Origin: an uncultured Anaeroplasmataceae bacterium
GTDB taxonomy: Bacteria; Bacillota_I; Bacilli_A; Acholeplasmatales; Anaeroplasmataceae
Direction: 5' to 3'
DNA: 64,000 nucleotides
NCBI GenBank assembly: GCA_964547945.1
Contig: CAZJPL010000001.1
Coordinates: 345 to 64,344, forward strand
The position numbers and the translations under genes are program-made. Every line of letters begins with the position of its first letter. Position 1 is the first letter of the stretch. Under the pieces are notes generated by a model. The model ran no database searches and was not told where the DNA came from. It saw nothing but the letters and a program-made list of their open reading frames with translations. Positions 8,265 to 17,295 of the stretch are shown piece by piece.

Positions 8265-9233
8265 ATGAAAAAACTAATAAATAAAATATTATTGGGATTA
8301 TTTGCAATATTTACTGTATTAATTATTTCTGCTTGTTCAAAAAGTGTAGATACTACTGAAGGTACTATATCTATACTAGCTCCTAGTGGGGCTCCTGCTT
8401 TATCACAAGTGATAATAGCTCATAACGCAAGTGTTGATGATAATTATGAAATAAGTGGTTATAATATTGATTTTACTGTAGCAAGTGATAGTGCTGCTGT
8501 CACAGCCGCCCTAACGAGTCAAACTTACGATATAATAATAGCTCCTGTTACTTCAGGAGCTACAGTATATAAATCAAATGGGGCCTATAAATACGCAGCT
8601 AACATAACAGATGGTAACCTATATTTCGCAGCTACTTTTGATTTTACTATAGAAGATTTAAAAACAGCTAATTTAGTATTTTTTGGAGAAAGTACTATTA
8701 ATCAAGTTGTCGTAGATAAAGTATTAGAATATTATGATGCTGTTAGAGATGATATAACTTATTTAGGTAGTACTTCTTTAACAATGCAAAATCTAGTTGC
8801 TGATGCAGAAGAAAATACTATATATCTAGTAGCTGAACCTGTATTATCTAGTGCAAGAGTTAATCTAGCTAGTCAAAATAAAGAAGTATATACACTAGAT
8901 GTTCAAGAAATGTTTAGTGAAGCTACTGATGGTATGACCTTCCTACAAGCCGGCGTATTTGTTAAAGCTGATTTAGATGAAGATTTTGTCAAAACTTATT
9001 TAGAAATATTAGAAGATAATATAGATTATATTAATAAGAACCCTGATATAGCTAGTACTTACGCTGAAGAACTAGATTTAGGACTACCTTCAGCTTCTAT
9101 TCTAACTAACGCCATTCCAGGATGTAACTTAAACTTTAGATCAGCTTCTTCAGCTAAAGAAAGTCTAGAAGCTCTAGTTAACTTAAATCCTGATTTATTT
9201 GGTGGCGAAATAACAGATGACTTCTATTTCTAA
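8265..9233 (+). CDS. putative ABC transporter substrate-binding lipoprotein
   Basis: Lipobox LIISAC|SK; size and alpha/beta pattern of periplasmic binding proteins; overlaps the downstream permease gene by 17 nt. Confidence 0.6.
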   Translation: MKKLINKILLGLFAIFTVLIISACSKSVDTTEGTISILAPSGAPALSQVIIAHNASVDDNYEISGYNIDFTVASDSAAVTAALTSQTYDIIIAPVTSGATVYKSNGAYKYAANITDGNLYFAATFDFTIEDLKTANLVFFGESTINQVVVDKVLEYYDAVRDDITYLGSTSLTMQNLVADAEENTIYLVAEPVLSSARVNLASQNKEVYTLDVQEMFSEATDGMTFLQAGVFVKADLDEDFVKTYLEILEDNIDYINKNPDIASTYAEELDLGLPSASILTNAIPGCNLNFRSASSAKESLEALVNLNPDLFGGEITDDFYF

Positions 9234-9996
9234 GAAATTAGCAATCTATATTATTTCTATAATATCTATCTTTTTAATCTTATATTTATTATGTTATATA
9301 ATTAATAATACTTTAATATTCCCTACTCCTTTATCTATCTTAATTAAACTAAAAGACTTACTATTAACATCTAATACCTATATTACTATAGGATATACTT
9401 TATTAAGATTAATAATCGCGATACTAATAAGTTTTATTATAGGAGCTACTCTTGGTATATTAGCTGGCAAAATAGAATTTATTCGTTTATTTTTAAAACC
9501 TTGGATAACTATATTTAGAAGTATACCTTTAGCTTCTATTATCATAATTATTATGGTAATTTCAGGCCTATCTAAATCACCATATATTATATCTATGTTA
9601 GTATTAATACCTATAATATATGAATCCTTCTTATCAGGAGTATTAAATATAGATAAAGAATTAATGGAAGTATGGAAATTAGAATCTAACTTTAATACTA
9701 AAGTACTAACTAAAATAATATTTCCTTTAGCTAGTCCTTTTATTAAAACTTCATTTATTCAAAGTGTAGGTTTAGGTATCAAAGTATTAATAATGGCTGA
9801 GTTTGTGTGTGGTACTAAAAACTCTATAGGTAAAGCCTTAACAAATTCAGCTAATTATTTTGAATATGATAGTGTATACGCTTGGAGTATAATAGCTATA
9901 ATACTTGTTATAATAGTTGAAAATATTCCTAAACTAATATCTTTTATATATAACTATATTAAAGATAAAAGAGAATTAAAAAACTTAATAAAATAA
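9217..9996 (+). CDS. ABC transporter permease (TauC/SsuC/NitT-like)
   Basis: Six predicted TM segments; translationally coupled to the binding protein gene. Confidence 0.75.
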   Translation: MTSISKKLAIYIISIISIFLILYLLCYIINNTLIFPTPLSILIKLKDLLLTSNTYITIGYTLLRLIIAILISFIIGATLGILAGKIEFIRLFLKPWITIFRSIPLASIIIIIMVISGLSKSPYIISMLVLIPIIYESFLSGVLNIDKELMEVWKLESNFNTKVLTKIIFPLASPFIKTSFIQSVGLGIKVLIMAEFVCGTKNSIGKALTNSANYFEYDSVYAWSIIAIILVIIVENIPKLISFIYNYIKDKRELKNLIK

Positions 9997-10038
9997 GGTA
10001 GTAAGAGTCTTATTCGTTTGTTTTCTTACTACCTTTTT
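9995..10038 (+). terminator. rho-independent terminator
   Basis: AAGGTAGTAAGA...TCTTACTACCTT stem followed by TTTTT. Confidence 0.8.
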
Positions 10039-10067
10039 ATATTATTAAAGATGAATAGTGATTAATT

Positions 10068-10111
10068 TTTCTTCACCGTTTCTTCACCATTTCTTCACCG
10101 TTTCTTCACCA
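10068..10111. repeat. 4 x 11-bp perfect-core tandem repeat (TTCTTCACC + 2 nt)
   Basis: Core TTCTTCACC at 10069, 10080, 10091 and 10102. The last unit runs into the CACGTG palindrome (10110-10115). Confidence 0.9.
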
Positions 10112-10141
10112 CGTGTATAAAATGCCTTTAATTTGATATTT

Positions 10142-11441
10142 TTAATCTTCTTCTATTTCCCAATACCCACCCCTATCAGGACCAACACGTTTTATTTTAG
10201 CACTATTTCTAATAATTCTTTCTATAACTCTAGTTGATATATTAAGATTATTGGCAATCATAGGTAAGGTGATTTTAGGATTATTTTTAATTAATAAAAT
10301 TATTGCTTCCTCATAATCTACTTCATCATGATTCTCATCATTTAAACTAGTATGTGCTAACATCACCTCAGGATCAAAAGGAATTGTTACATTAATATAA
10401 TTATCTTCAATTTCAAATATATCTTGATTATAATGTTGTAATATTTTTGGTACACCATATCCTGTTTGTTCAACATAATCAAGATCAGATAAAATACGCA
10501 TAAGTTCTTTATTTCTAGGAGTACTTATACCTTTAAAAAACATTTCTTTTGTTTCTCCTTTAGGAAGACCGCCTCGCGAAAGAATTTCTATTCTATCAGA
10601 AAAAATATACACAGTAGGTTCTATAATAAACCAATCATTATGAGCCATTGCGTTTATAAGTGCTTCTCTTAGACTGCCCATATCCATGAGTCTTTTATCA
10701 ATTCTTCTAGCACCAACAATTGTAGATTTAGCATAATTTTCAGCTTCTAATCTATTAATAACTCTATCAATAGCTACTAATAAACATTGATATCCGTATT
10801 CAGTTTTCTCTATTAAAAAAGATTTATCTTTCCCTTTAAATTTAGCTATTTTTATTGAAACGCGATTCGTATCTGACATAAGTTCAGCAAGATAATTGTA
10901 TTCTCCATCAGAAGTTTTTAAACATAAATTAGATTCAAAAGTTTCATCATTTATATGAAACCCTTTAGCAGAATAATATTGTTTCATTATTGCAAAAGAA
11001 AATGTTTTTTGTTTACTAACTATTTCTACCATACTTTCTTTCTTAGAATAGGTATTCTCAATTCTTCTTTCAATTTCAGCTTCACTCATAGGAGTAGAAG
11101 ATATTCCATCTCTATAAAAACAACCGGTCGCACTTCTACCTTCTTTTCTAATATAATAAAGTTTATCTCCCTTTTTAACATTAACACAAACAACAATCTT
11201 GTCATCATAAGTTAAAGAATTAATTTCGCATAAACCTTCAGTAGAAGGAAGAATTTGTTCACTAATAATATCTCTTATATCTCTCATTGTTTTATCAACA
11301 TCAGAAATGCCAACAACTTTTCCATCATCTTCTGATAACTCCATCCCTAGTATTTAAAAATGCCACTATCTCTTTGGTAAAATCTTTATTTAATATACGT
11401 TTAAGTTCTATTGTTTCAGTCTCTTTAAAAATCACTATCAA
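10142..11441 (-). pseudogene. AlbA_2/Schlafen-like putative DNA-binding ATPase (RecG-C-like, wHTH C-terminus), frameshifted near the N-terminus
   Basis: Main ORF is 10142-11344. An upstream fragment (11325-11441, ...VIFKETETIELKRILNKDFTKEIVAFLNTRDGVIRR*) carries the family N-terminal motif in another frame and overlaps the ATG of the main ORF. Confidence 0.55.
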
Positions 11442-11544
11442 AACCAACTTTCCTAATCAATTAAATCATAACCCAAAATGGCTATTTTTACAACTATATA
11501 GTAATGTGAAATAACCACAAAGGTAAACAACTAATTTAATAAAA

Positions 11545-11569
11545 AAGGCATATCGTAATGATACACCTT
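11545..11569 (-). terminator. terminator after tRNA-Gln
   Basis: AAGGTGTATC-ATTAC-GATATGCCTT followed by TTTTTTATT on the minus strand. Confidence 0.6.
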
Positions 11570-11582
11570 GAATATACTAGGA

Positions 11583-11657
11583 TGGCAGGACTAACTGGAT
11601 TCGAACCAGTGAATGAGGGAGTCAAAGTCCCTTGCCTTACCGCTTGGCTATAGTCCT
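11583..11657 (-). tRNA. tRNA-Gln (anticodon UUG), CCA encoded
   Basis: Cloverleaf folded by hand: acceptor AGGACTA/TAGTCCT, anticodon stem AGGGA/TCCCT with loop CTTTGAC, T-arm ACTGG-TTCGAAT-CCAGT, 3' GCCA. Confidence 0.9.
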
Positions 11658-11728
11658 ATATTGCCCCTTACGGGGCTTTGGGATGTTAATTTGAAAAAGA
11701 TATTTAGACACTTTTGTGTCCGCGTATT

Positions 11729-11757
11729 ATTCTACTAAAAAACAAAATTGATTTCAA
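11729..11757 (-). promoter_or_regulatory. sigma-A type promoter for tRNA-Gln
   Basis: TTGAAA, 17 nt, TAGAAT on the minus strand, about 70 nt upstream of the tRNA. Confidence 0.6.
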
Positions 11758-11812
11758 GTATTTTATTTAGTTTTTTTCTTGTAAAACTTATAAAAAAAGA
11801 ACCTTGAATCTT

Positions 11813-12766
11813 TTATTTAGAAATCAAGGTATTATATCTTTTTACTACTTTATTTGCATCTTTAATAAATTGTTTTAAATTGTCCCAACTTTCTAACTTA
11901 CAACCACTAGCTTTAGCATGTCCTCCGCCTTGATATAAGTTAGCTAATTTATCTACATCAGGTCCTCTAGATCTTAATCTTACTCTTATTTCATTAGGAT
12001 ATTCAATTATTAAAGCCCACATAGGATATCCTGGTATTGAAGATATTAAATTAACCTGATTAGCAGCATCTTCATATTTTATATTATATTTTTCTACTAT
12101 ATCTTTAGTTATAGTAATATATGCAAAACCTGGTTTAGTTAATTTAAAATGAGATAATACATAACCTTTAAATTTCAAAATATCTAAGGTTTCTACACTT
12201 AATTTATTATCTATTTCGGCTACACTTATACCATATTCTAATAATTTAGCGGCTACTATAAATGTTTCACTATTAACATTATCAAATCTAAATCTACCCG
12301 TATCTGTAACTATACCAGTATATAAGGCAAAAGCAGCTTCTTTATTTAATTTCAAGCCTAGATTATCAGCTAATTCAAAAATCATTTGAGCACAAGCAGG
12401 TTTTTCTTCTACTACCCATTCTAAATTTCCATATGAATCAACAGGTATATGATGATCTATTTTAATAATTTCTTTAGCTAATTTATATCTTTGATCAGAT
12501 AATCTTTCACTATTACCACAATCTACACAAATAGCTAAGGCATTTTCATATTTATCGTCAGTTATATTATCAACTTCACCTAAAAAATTAATATAATCTG
12601 ACATTTGACCAACTGCGTATATTTCTTTTTCCGGAAAGTTTAATTTTAGTATAGCTCTTAAGCCAAATTGTGAGCCTATACAATCGCCATCAGGGCGAAC
12701 ATGACCATGAATTATTATTGTATTGTATTCTTCTATTTTATTTAAAATATCTCTAAATATAGCCAT
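11813..12766 (-). CDS. DHH/DHHA1 family phosphoesterase (NrnA-like nanoRNase/pAp phosphatase), paralog 2
   Basis: HVRPDGDCIGS, IDHH and C-terminal GGGHAKASG motifs. Confidence 0.85.
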   Translation of the reverse strand: MAIFRDILNKIEEYNTIIIHGHVRPDGDCIGSQFGLRAILKLNFPEKEIYAVGQMSDYINFLGEVDNITDDKYENALAICVDCGNSERLSDQRYKLAKEIIKIDHHIPVDSYGNLEWVVEEKPACAQMIFELADNLGLKLNKEAAFALYTGIVTDTGRFRFDNVNSETFIVAAKLLEYGISVAEIDNKLSVETLDILKFKGYVLSHFKLTKPGFAYITITKDIVEKYNIKYEDAANQVNLISSIPGYPMWALIIEYPNEIRVRLRSRGPDVDKLANLYQGGGHAKASGCKLESWDNLKQFIKDANKVVKRYNTLISK

Positions 12767-13724
12767 TATTTACTCCTTTATAATTTCTAGCTAAATTATT
12801 AAAATCCTCTATTACCTTATCAGCAACTTCATAATTATCTAAGGTAGCACCACAGGCAAATGCGTGACCTCCGCCACCATATTTTTTAGCTATTTCTACT
12901 ATTTCTACGCCTCTACTTCTAAATTCTCCTACTACCTTATCATTTTCTTTATCATAGGTAAAATTACACCAAATAATGACTTCTTCCACCCCAGCCATTA
13001 AATTAACCATACCTCTTGATATATCAAAGAAAGAAACATCAGGAAATTTAGCTAATACTTCTTCTGTACATTTAAGATAAGCTACTCCGTCTTCTGTTAT
13101 TTTAAATAAAGAAGAAAAATAGTTTTTCATAAGTCTTTGTTCTAACGTTTCTACATATAAATGATCATAAATAAACTGAATATCAGCACCTTGATTAAGT
13201 AAGAAACTAGCTACTAAAAAAGTAGTTTTAGTTGTCCCAGAATATTGAAATCTACCACTATCAGTAACTATACCACCATATAAACAGGTAGCACCATAAG
13301 CTGTAGTTTCTTTATTTAGGCTTAATAACATGTCTCCTATAATCTCAGCACAAGCTACTTTAGTTGTATCAGTATATACTAAAGCTCTATCCATATCACA
13401 ACTATTTTTATGGTGATCAATGACTACTATTTCTTTAGCCTTATTATATCTGTCATCACTAACCATAGCTTTTACAGCTACATCACAAATTATAGCTAAA
13501 CTATTTTCTATAATATCATCACTTATTTCATCCATTTTACCTATAAATTCATAACGTTTAGACATATCTCCTACAACATATATTTCTTTATCAGGAAAGT
13601 TTTTATTAATAGCTTGAGCTAAACCTAATTGGCTACCTAAAGCATCTAAATCAGGTCTAGAATGTCTAAATATTACTATAGAATCATATTTAGAAAATAG
13701 ATTCCATAATTCTTCATAATTCAT
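12753..13724 (-). CDS. DHH/DHHA1 family phosphoesterase (NrnA-like), paralog 1
   Basis: HSRPDLDALGS, IDHH and GGGHAFACG motifs; 14-nt overlap with paralog 2. Confidence 0.85.
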   Translation of the reverse strand: MNYEELWNLFSKYDSIVIFRHSRPDLDALGSQLGLAQAINKNFPDKEIYVVGDMSKRYEFIGKMDEISDDIIENSLAIICDVAVKAMVSDDRYNKAKEIVVIDHHKNSCDMDRALVYTDTTKVACAEIIGDMLLSLNKETTAYGATCLYGGIVTDSGRFQYSGTTKTTFLVASFLLNQGADIQFIYDHLYVETLEQRLMKNYFSSLFKITEDGVAYLKCTEEVLAKFPDVSFFDISRGMVNLMAGVEEVIIWCNFTYDKENDKVVGEFRSRGVEIVEIAKKYGGGGHAFACGATLDNYEVADKVIEDFNNLARNYKGVNNGYI

Positions 13725-13789
13725 AAAAAGTCCTCCTTCGGTAAGAAGTATTTTATCATATTTTTATATATCTTGAAAGTAAAAACACT

Positions 13790-15259
13790 CTAACTAGGCC
13801 AAGTTCTTCTTGGGACAGCTATTACGCCATCACTATCAGCTGTAAAGTAATCTGATTTACCTTTTCTACTACAAATATAATTGCTAGAATCAACATATAC
13901 TGTTTCATTAAACCATTCAGTATCCTTTAATTTAGTAACATTATTACTAGCACTAACAGCTACATTCTTGCCATCACTAGAAACTATTATATTACCATTT
14001 AAAGACTTTCTAGTTAATTCTACTTCATCATAATAACTAGTTACATATATTTGATCAGTATATTTAGCTACTCTATCTATAAAGTCTTGAGTAGGGAAAG
14101 TATTTAGGTAATTAGCTGTATATTCACTACCACCCGCACAACAAGTTACACATACTATATCTGGTTTAATTATCTCAAGTAAACATTCATTAGTAGAAGT
14201 TTTAGAACCATGATGACCTGCCTTAAATAAATCAACTTCAGGCAAAGTCTTTTCTTCACTAGAACCATCATAATACTCTGCCATAGCTTCTTCACCTTCA
14301 AGCTCTAAATCCCCTGTAAACATGTAATAATGTTCATTATAACTAAACATAGTACATACTGAATAATTATTCTCATCACTTGAAGTATTAAAATAATAGT
14401 AATTATACAATATATCCATAGTAATATTTAATTCTTCATCTAATACATATGTTCTACTAGCTCCACTCGCATTATTATAACAATCAGCTGCGTAATATAC
14501 TGTAGTACCATTATCCTCACAATAAGATACAGCATCTAAGAAATTAGAATAAATAGTTGTTGTCTTAGTAGTTAACTCATTTAAAATAATAGTTCCTACT
14601 TCATATTGATATAAAATACCAGATTTATTACTTCCTACAAACCCAGCTATATGATCTTGATCACCATGAGTAGCTATAACATATTCTAATACACCATCAG
14701 TAACATAATTATCTAAATATGATTTAATAGTACTAGCACTACCAGTTCTACTACCAGCATCTATTAAGATATCTACATCACCAGCTTTAATATAAATAGA
14801 ATCCCCACTATAATCATTACCAAGTTCTAAAAAATGTATTTGAAAGTCATCATAAGTAATACCTACTAAAGTATCATTATTATAGGTATAATCTCCATCA
14901 CTACCATTATTTTCATTACTATTATTATCATCTTCATTTTCTTTACCAATATTTACAATAATATAATTTTCTATAAAATTAACTATACCTATATTTACTA
15001 CCTTAAAATAATCTAAACATATAATAACTATTAATAAAACTACTATAATAGATAAAAGTATTGCGATTACTTTAGGTAATTTATTTGATTTAGAACTCTT
15101 TACTACACTAGTTATACTAGATTCAGTTTTATATTCATATCCTTTATCTTTACAATAAGATATTGCTTCTTCTTTAGTATCAAATATTTTACTAGCTCTT
15201 TTGCTATTTTCTTTCTTAATTTGATATCTTCCATCAGTTCTTTTACTTATTATATACAT
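13790..15259 (-). CDS. membrane-anchored ComEC-type metallo-beta-lactamase fold hydrolase with N-terminal DUF2188-like domain
   Basis: N-terminus YIISKRTDGRYQIKKENSKRASKIFDTKEEAISYC (DUF2188-like), one TM segment, then MBL motifs ATHGDQDHIAG and KAGHHGSKTS. Confidence 0.75.
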   Translation of the reverse strand: MYIISKRTDGRYQIKKENSKRASKIFDTKEEAISYCKDKGYEYKTESSITSVVKSSKSNKLPKVIAILLSIIVVLLIVIICLDYFKVVNIGIVNFIENYIIVNIGKENEDDNNSNENNGSDGDYTYNNDTLVGITYDDFQIHFLELGNDYSGDSIYIKAGDVDILIDAGSRTGSASTIKSYLDNYVTDGVLEYVIATHGDQDHIAGFVGSNKSGILYQYEVGTIILNELTTKTTTIYSNFLDAVSYCEDNGTTVYYAADCYNNASGASRTYVLDEELNITMDILYNYYYFNTSSDENNYSVCTMFSYNEHYYMFTGDLELEGEEAMAEYYDGSSEEKTLPEVDLFKAGHHGSKTSTNECLLEIIKPDIVCVTCCAGGSEYTANYLNTFPTQDFIDRVAKYTDQIYVTSYYDEVELTRKSLNGNIIVSSDGKNVAVSASNNVTKLKDTEWFNETVYVDSSNYICSRKGKSDYFTADSDGVIAVPRRTWPS

Positions 15260-15307
15260 AAGTTATAAACCTCCTATAGTGCACATTATACCATTTTTAA
15301 ACCTATT

Positions 15308-15342
15308 AAAAAAGCCTAGCCTATTTCTTTAAATAAGCTAGG
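15308..15342 (-). terminator. terminator after the endonuclease I gene
   Basis: CCTAGC...GCTAGG stem followed by TTTTTT on the minus strand. Confidence 0.65.
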
Positions 15343-15362
15343 TTTTACTTTATTAATATACC

Positions 15363-17222
15363 TTAATTATCATATTTATAAATTAAAGTAAAGGTATTTA
15401 TAGTTACTCTTGGTTGAGTACCATAAACTACTATAGCAACATAACCCGTTTTAGTTTCATCAAAGGTATAACTAATAGTTCCGTAAGTATCAACAGTACT
15501 ATCTATACCTAATTCCGTTACTTTTTCATAGGTTATATCATCACTTGAATATAAAATAGCTGCCCCAGATATGTTAGCATAAACTCTACCTATATCTAGC
15601 TCTATGCTATATAAATCTTCAACCTTAAATACTAATACCGAGTACTTAGTCCAACTATCTACATTATACTTAATATCTACATCAGCATTATAATTGTTAT
15701 TATTAGCTCCTATTATAAAACCACTCATAGTACTATAGTTAGAAGCATAGAATTCAACTCCATCAATTGTTACAGTAGCCCCAGTACTTGAATAACTTGT
15801 TCCTGTAGATGGGAAGTTACTATATAAATCATAAGTAACACTTTCATAACCTAATAATTTATTATATTCAGCTATCTTACTAGTTAATAAATCATAGTTA
15901 GTAATCTTAGTCTTATCAGCAGCTGATAAAGCTTCATATCTAGCTGATAATTCATCTAATAAATCTTTATCATCTAAAGTAATAGTTTTATCTCTTAATG
16001 TTTCAATATCAGTAATTAAATCACTTACTGTAGTATCTACTTCAGTATCAACAGATTCAACTATAGATAATACATTTTCTTCAGTTACTCCTAGTTCTTC
16101 ACTTTCTTCTGTATATAAATAATATACAAATTCAGGATGATCTATATAAGGATTTCTATTACCTTGATATGAATAAACTACTTCATTACGATATATTTCT
16201 TCTTCAGATACAGGATCTTCATAATGCCATTTTACTAAAGTATCTAACATACCTAGTACTGGACTTCCACTACTATAATTACCTGAATTATCTAGAGTTA
16301 AAGTTAATTCACTATCACTATATCTAGTAACCATGTAAAATAACATTCTAGCTACATCACCTTTAACTTCATCTCTAGGTTCAAATACAATACTAGTCCA
16401 TGAATTACCATATGAATCAGTATTAGTAGGGTTATCTATTTCATCAAAATAACTATTACTTCTACTACTATTAATATTCTTTTCACTAGCTCTTAAATGA
16501 TGAGCATCTGAATAAGCTGTATATGATTCACTATCAAATCCATATGATTTAGCCCATACATGTTCTCTATTCCATACTACACTGCTACTTGAACTACCAT
16601 CTCTAGCATCCTTATCAATGGCAATACCTGTATAAAGACAAGTTATATGATCTTCATCATATGCATCAGATTCTTGTAGTACTGTCCATACTTCAGAATA
16701 TGATAATTCATAAGTATGAGTAGATACTATAATCTCGTTTAATACTTCGAAGAAATTATCAAAATTACCAGTTAAATCACTGTAATATCCAGTATATGTT
16801 ACTTCACTTGGAATAGTTGTATCTCCACTAGTAGTTGTCCCACCTTCATTACCTGAACTAGATGAAGATAAAGCTAATACAACAACATCAAAATCAGTAT
16901 ATCTATTATTGTTGTTATAAGTAATACTAGCTTCTAAAGATACACTTACAGCAGATTCAGTTTGTGTTACTTTAGCTGTACTACCACTAATAACAATAGC
17001 ACTATTATCACTTTCCCAAGTAACATCTACTGTATATGTTTCATAAGTAACTGATATTGTCAAAGTAAAGTCTTCACTAACCTCACTAGGTATATCAAAT
17101 TCCTCTACTAATTTAATTAATTCATCAGCTATTTCACTAGATGATATAACTTCAGTATTATTACATCCAGTTAAGCCAATAAATACTAATATAAATAAAA
17201 TAAATGTATAAATCTTTTTCAT
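15363..17222 (-). CDS. endonuclease I family extracellular nuclease lipoprotein
   Basis: Lipobox LTGC|NN; endonuclease I motifs NREHVWAKS, DAHHLRASEKNINSSRSNSYF, GDVARMLFYM, NRNPYIDHPE; extra N- and C-terminal beta-rich modules. Confidence 0.85.
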   Translation of the reverse strand: MKKIYTFILFILVFIGLTGCNNTEVISSSEIADELIKLVEEFDIPSEVSEDFTLTISVTYETYTVDVTWESDNSAIVISGSTAKVTQTESAVSVSLEASITYNNNNRYTDFDVVVLALSSSSSGNEGGTTTSGDTTIPSEVTYTGYYSDLTGNFDNFFEVLNEIIVSTHTYELSYSEVWTVLQESDAYDEDHITCLYTGIAIDKDARDGSSSSSVVWNREHVWAKSYGFDSESYTAYSDAHHLRASEKNINSSRSNSYFDEIDNPTNTDSYGNSWTSIVFEPRDEVKGDVARMLFYMVTRYSDSELTLTLDNSGNYSSGSPVLGMLDTLVKWHYEDPVSEEEIYRNEVVYSYQGNRNPYIDHPEFVYYLYTEESEELGVTEENVLSIVESVDTEVDTTVSDLITDIETLRDKTITLDDKDLLDELSARYEALSAADKTKITNYDLLTSKIAEYNKLLGYESVTYDLYSNFPSTGTSYSSTGATVTIDGVEFYASNYSTMSGFIIGANNNNYNADVDIKYNVDSWTKYSVLVFKVEDLYSIELDIGRVYANISGAAILYSSDDITYEKVTELGIDSTVDTYGTISYTFDETKTGYVAIVVYGTQPRVTINTFTLIYKYDN

Positions 17223-17245
17223 TTATAGCTCCTTATTATAAAAAC

Positions 17246-17277
17246 AAGGAAAGAGAGTTGTTTTTCTCCCTTTCCTT
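17246..17277 (-). terminator. terminator/attenuator after the 826-aa lipoprotein gene
   Basis: AAGGAAAGGGAG-loop-CTCTCTTTCCTT followed by GTTTTTAT on the minus strand. Confidence 0.7.
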
Positions 17278-17295
17278 TATTGTTTTTCTCAAATA

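Noticed and set aside
10068-10111. CRISPR array.
   Set aside because: The only tandem repeat is 4 x 11 bp with no spacers. No cas genes and no 25-40 bp repeat/spacer periodicity were seen anywhere in the window.
10040-11657. Integrative element or prophage remnant inserted at tRNA-Gln.
   Set aside because: No integrase is present. I could not find a direct repeat of the tRNA 3' end near 10040-10141. Only one (frameshifted) cargo gene is present.
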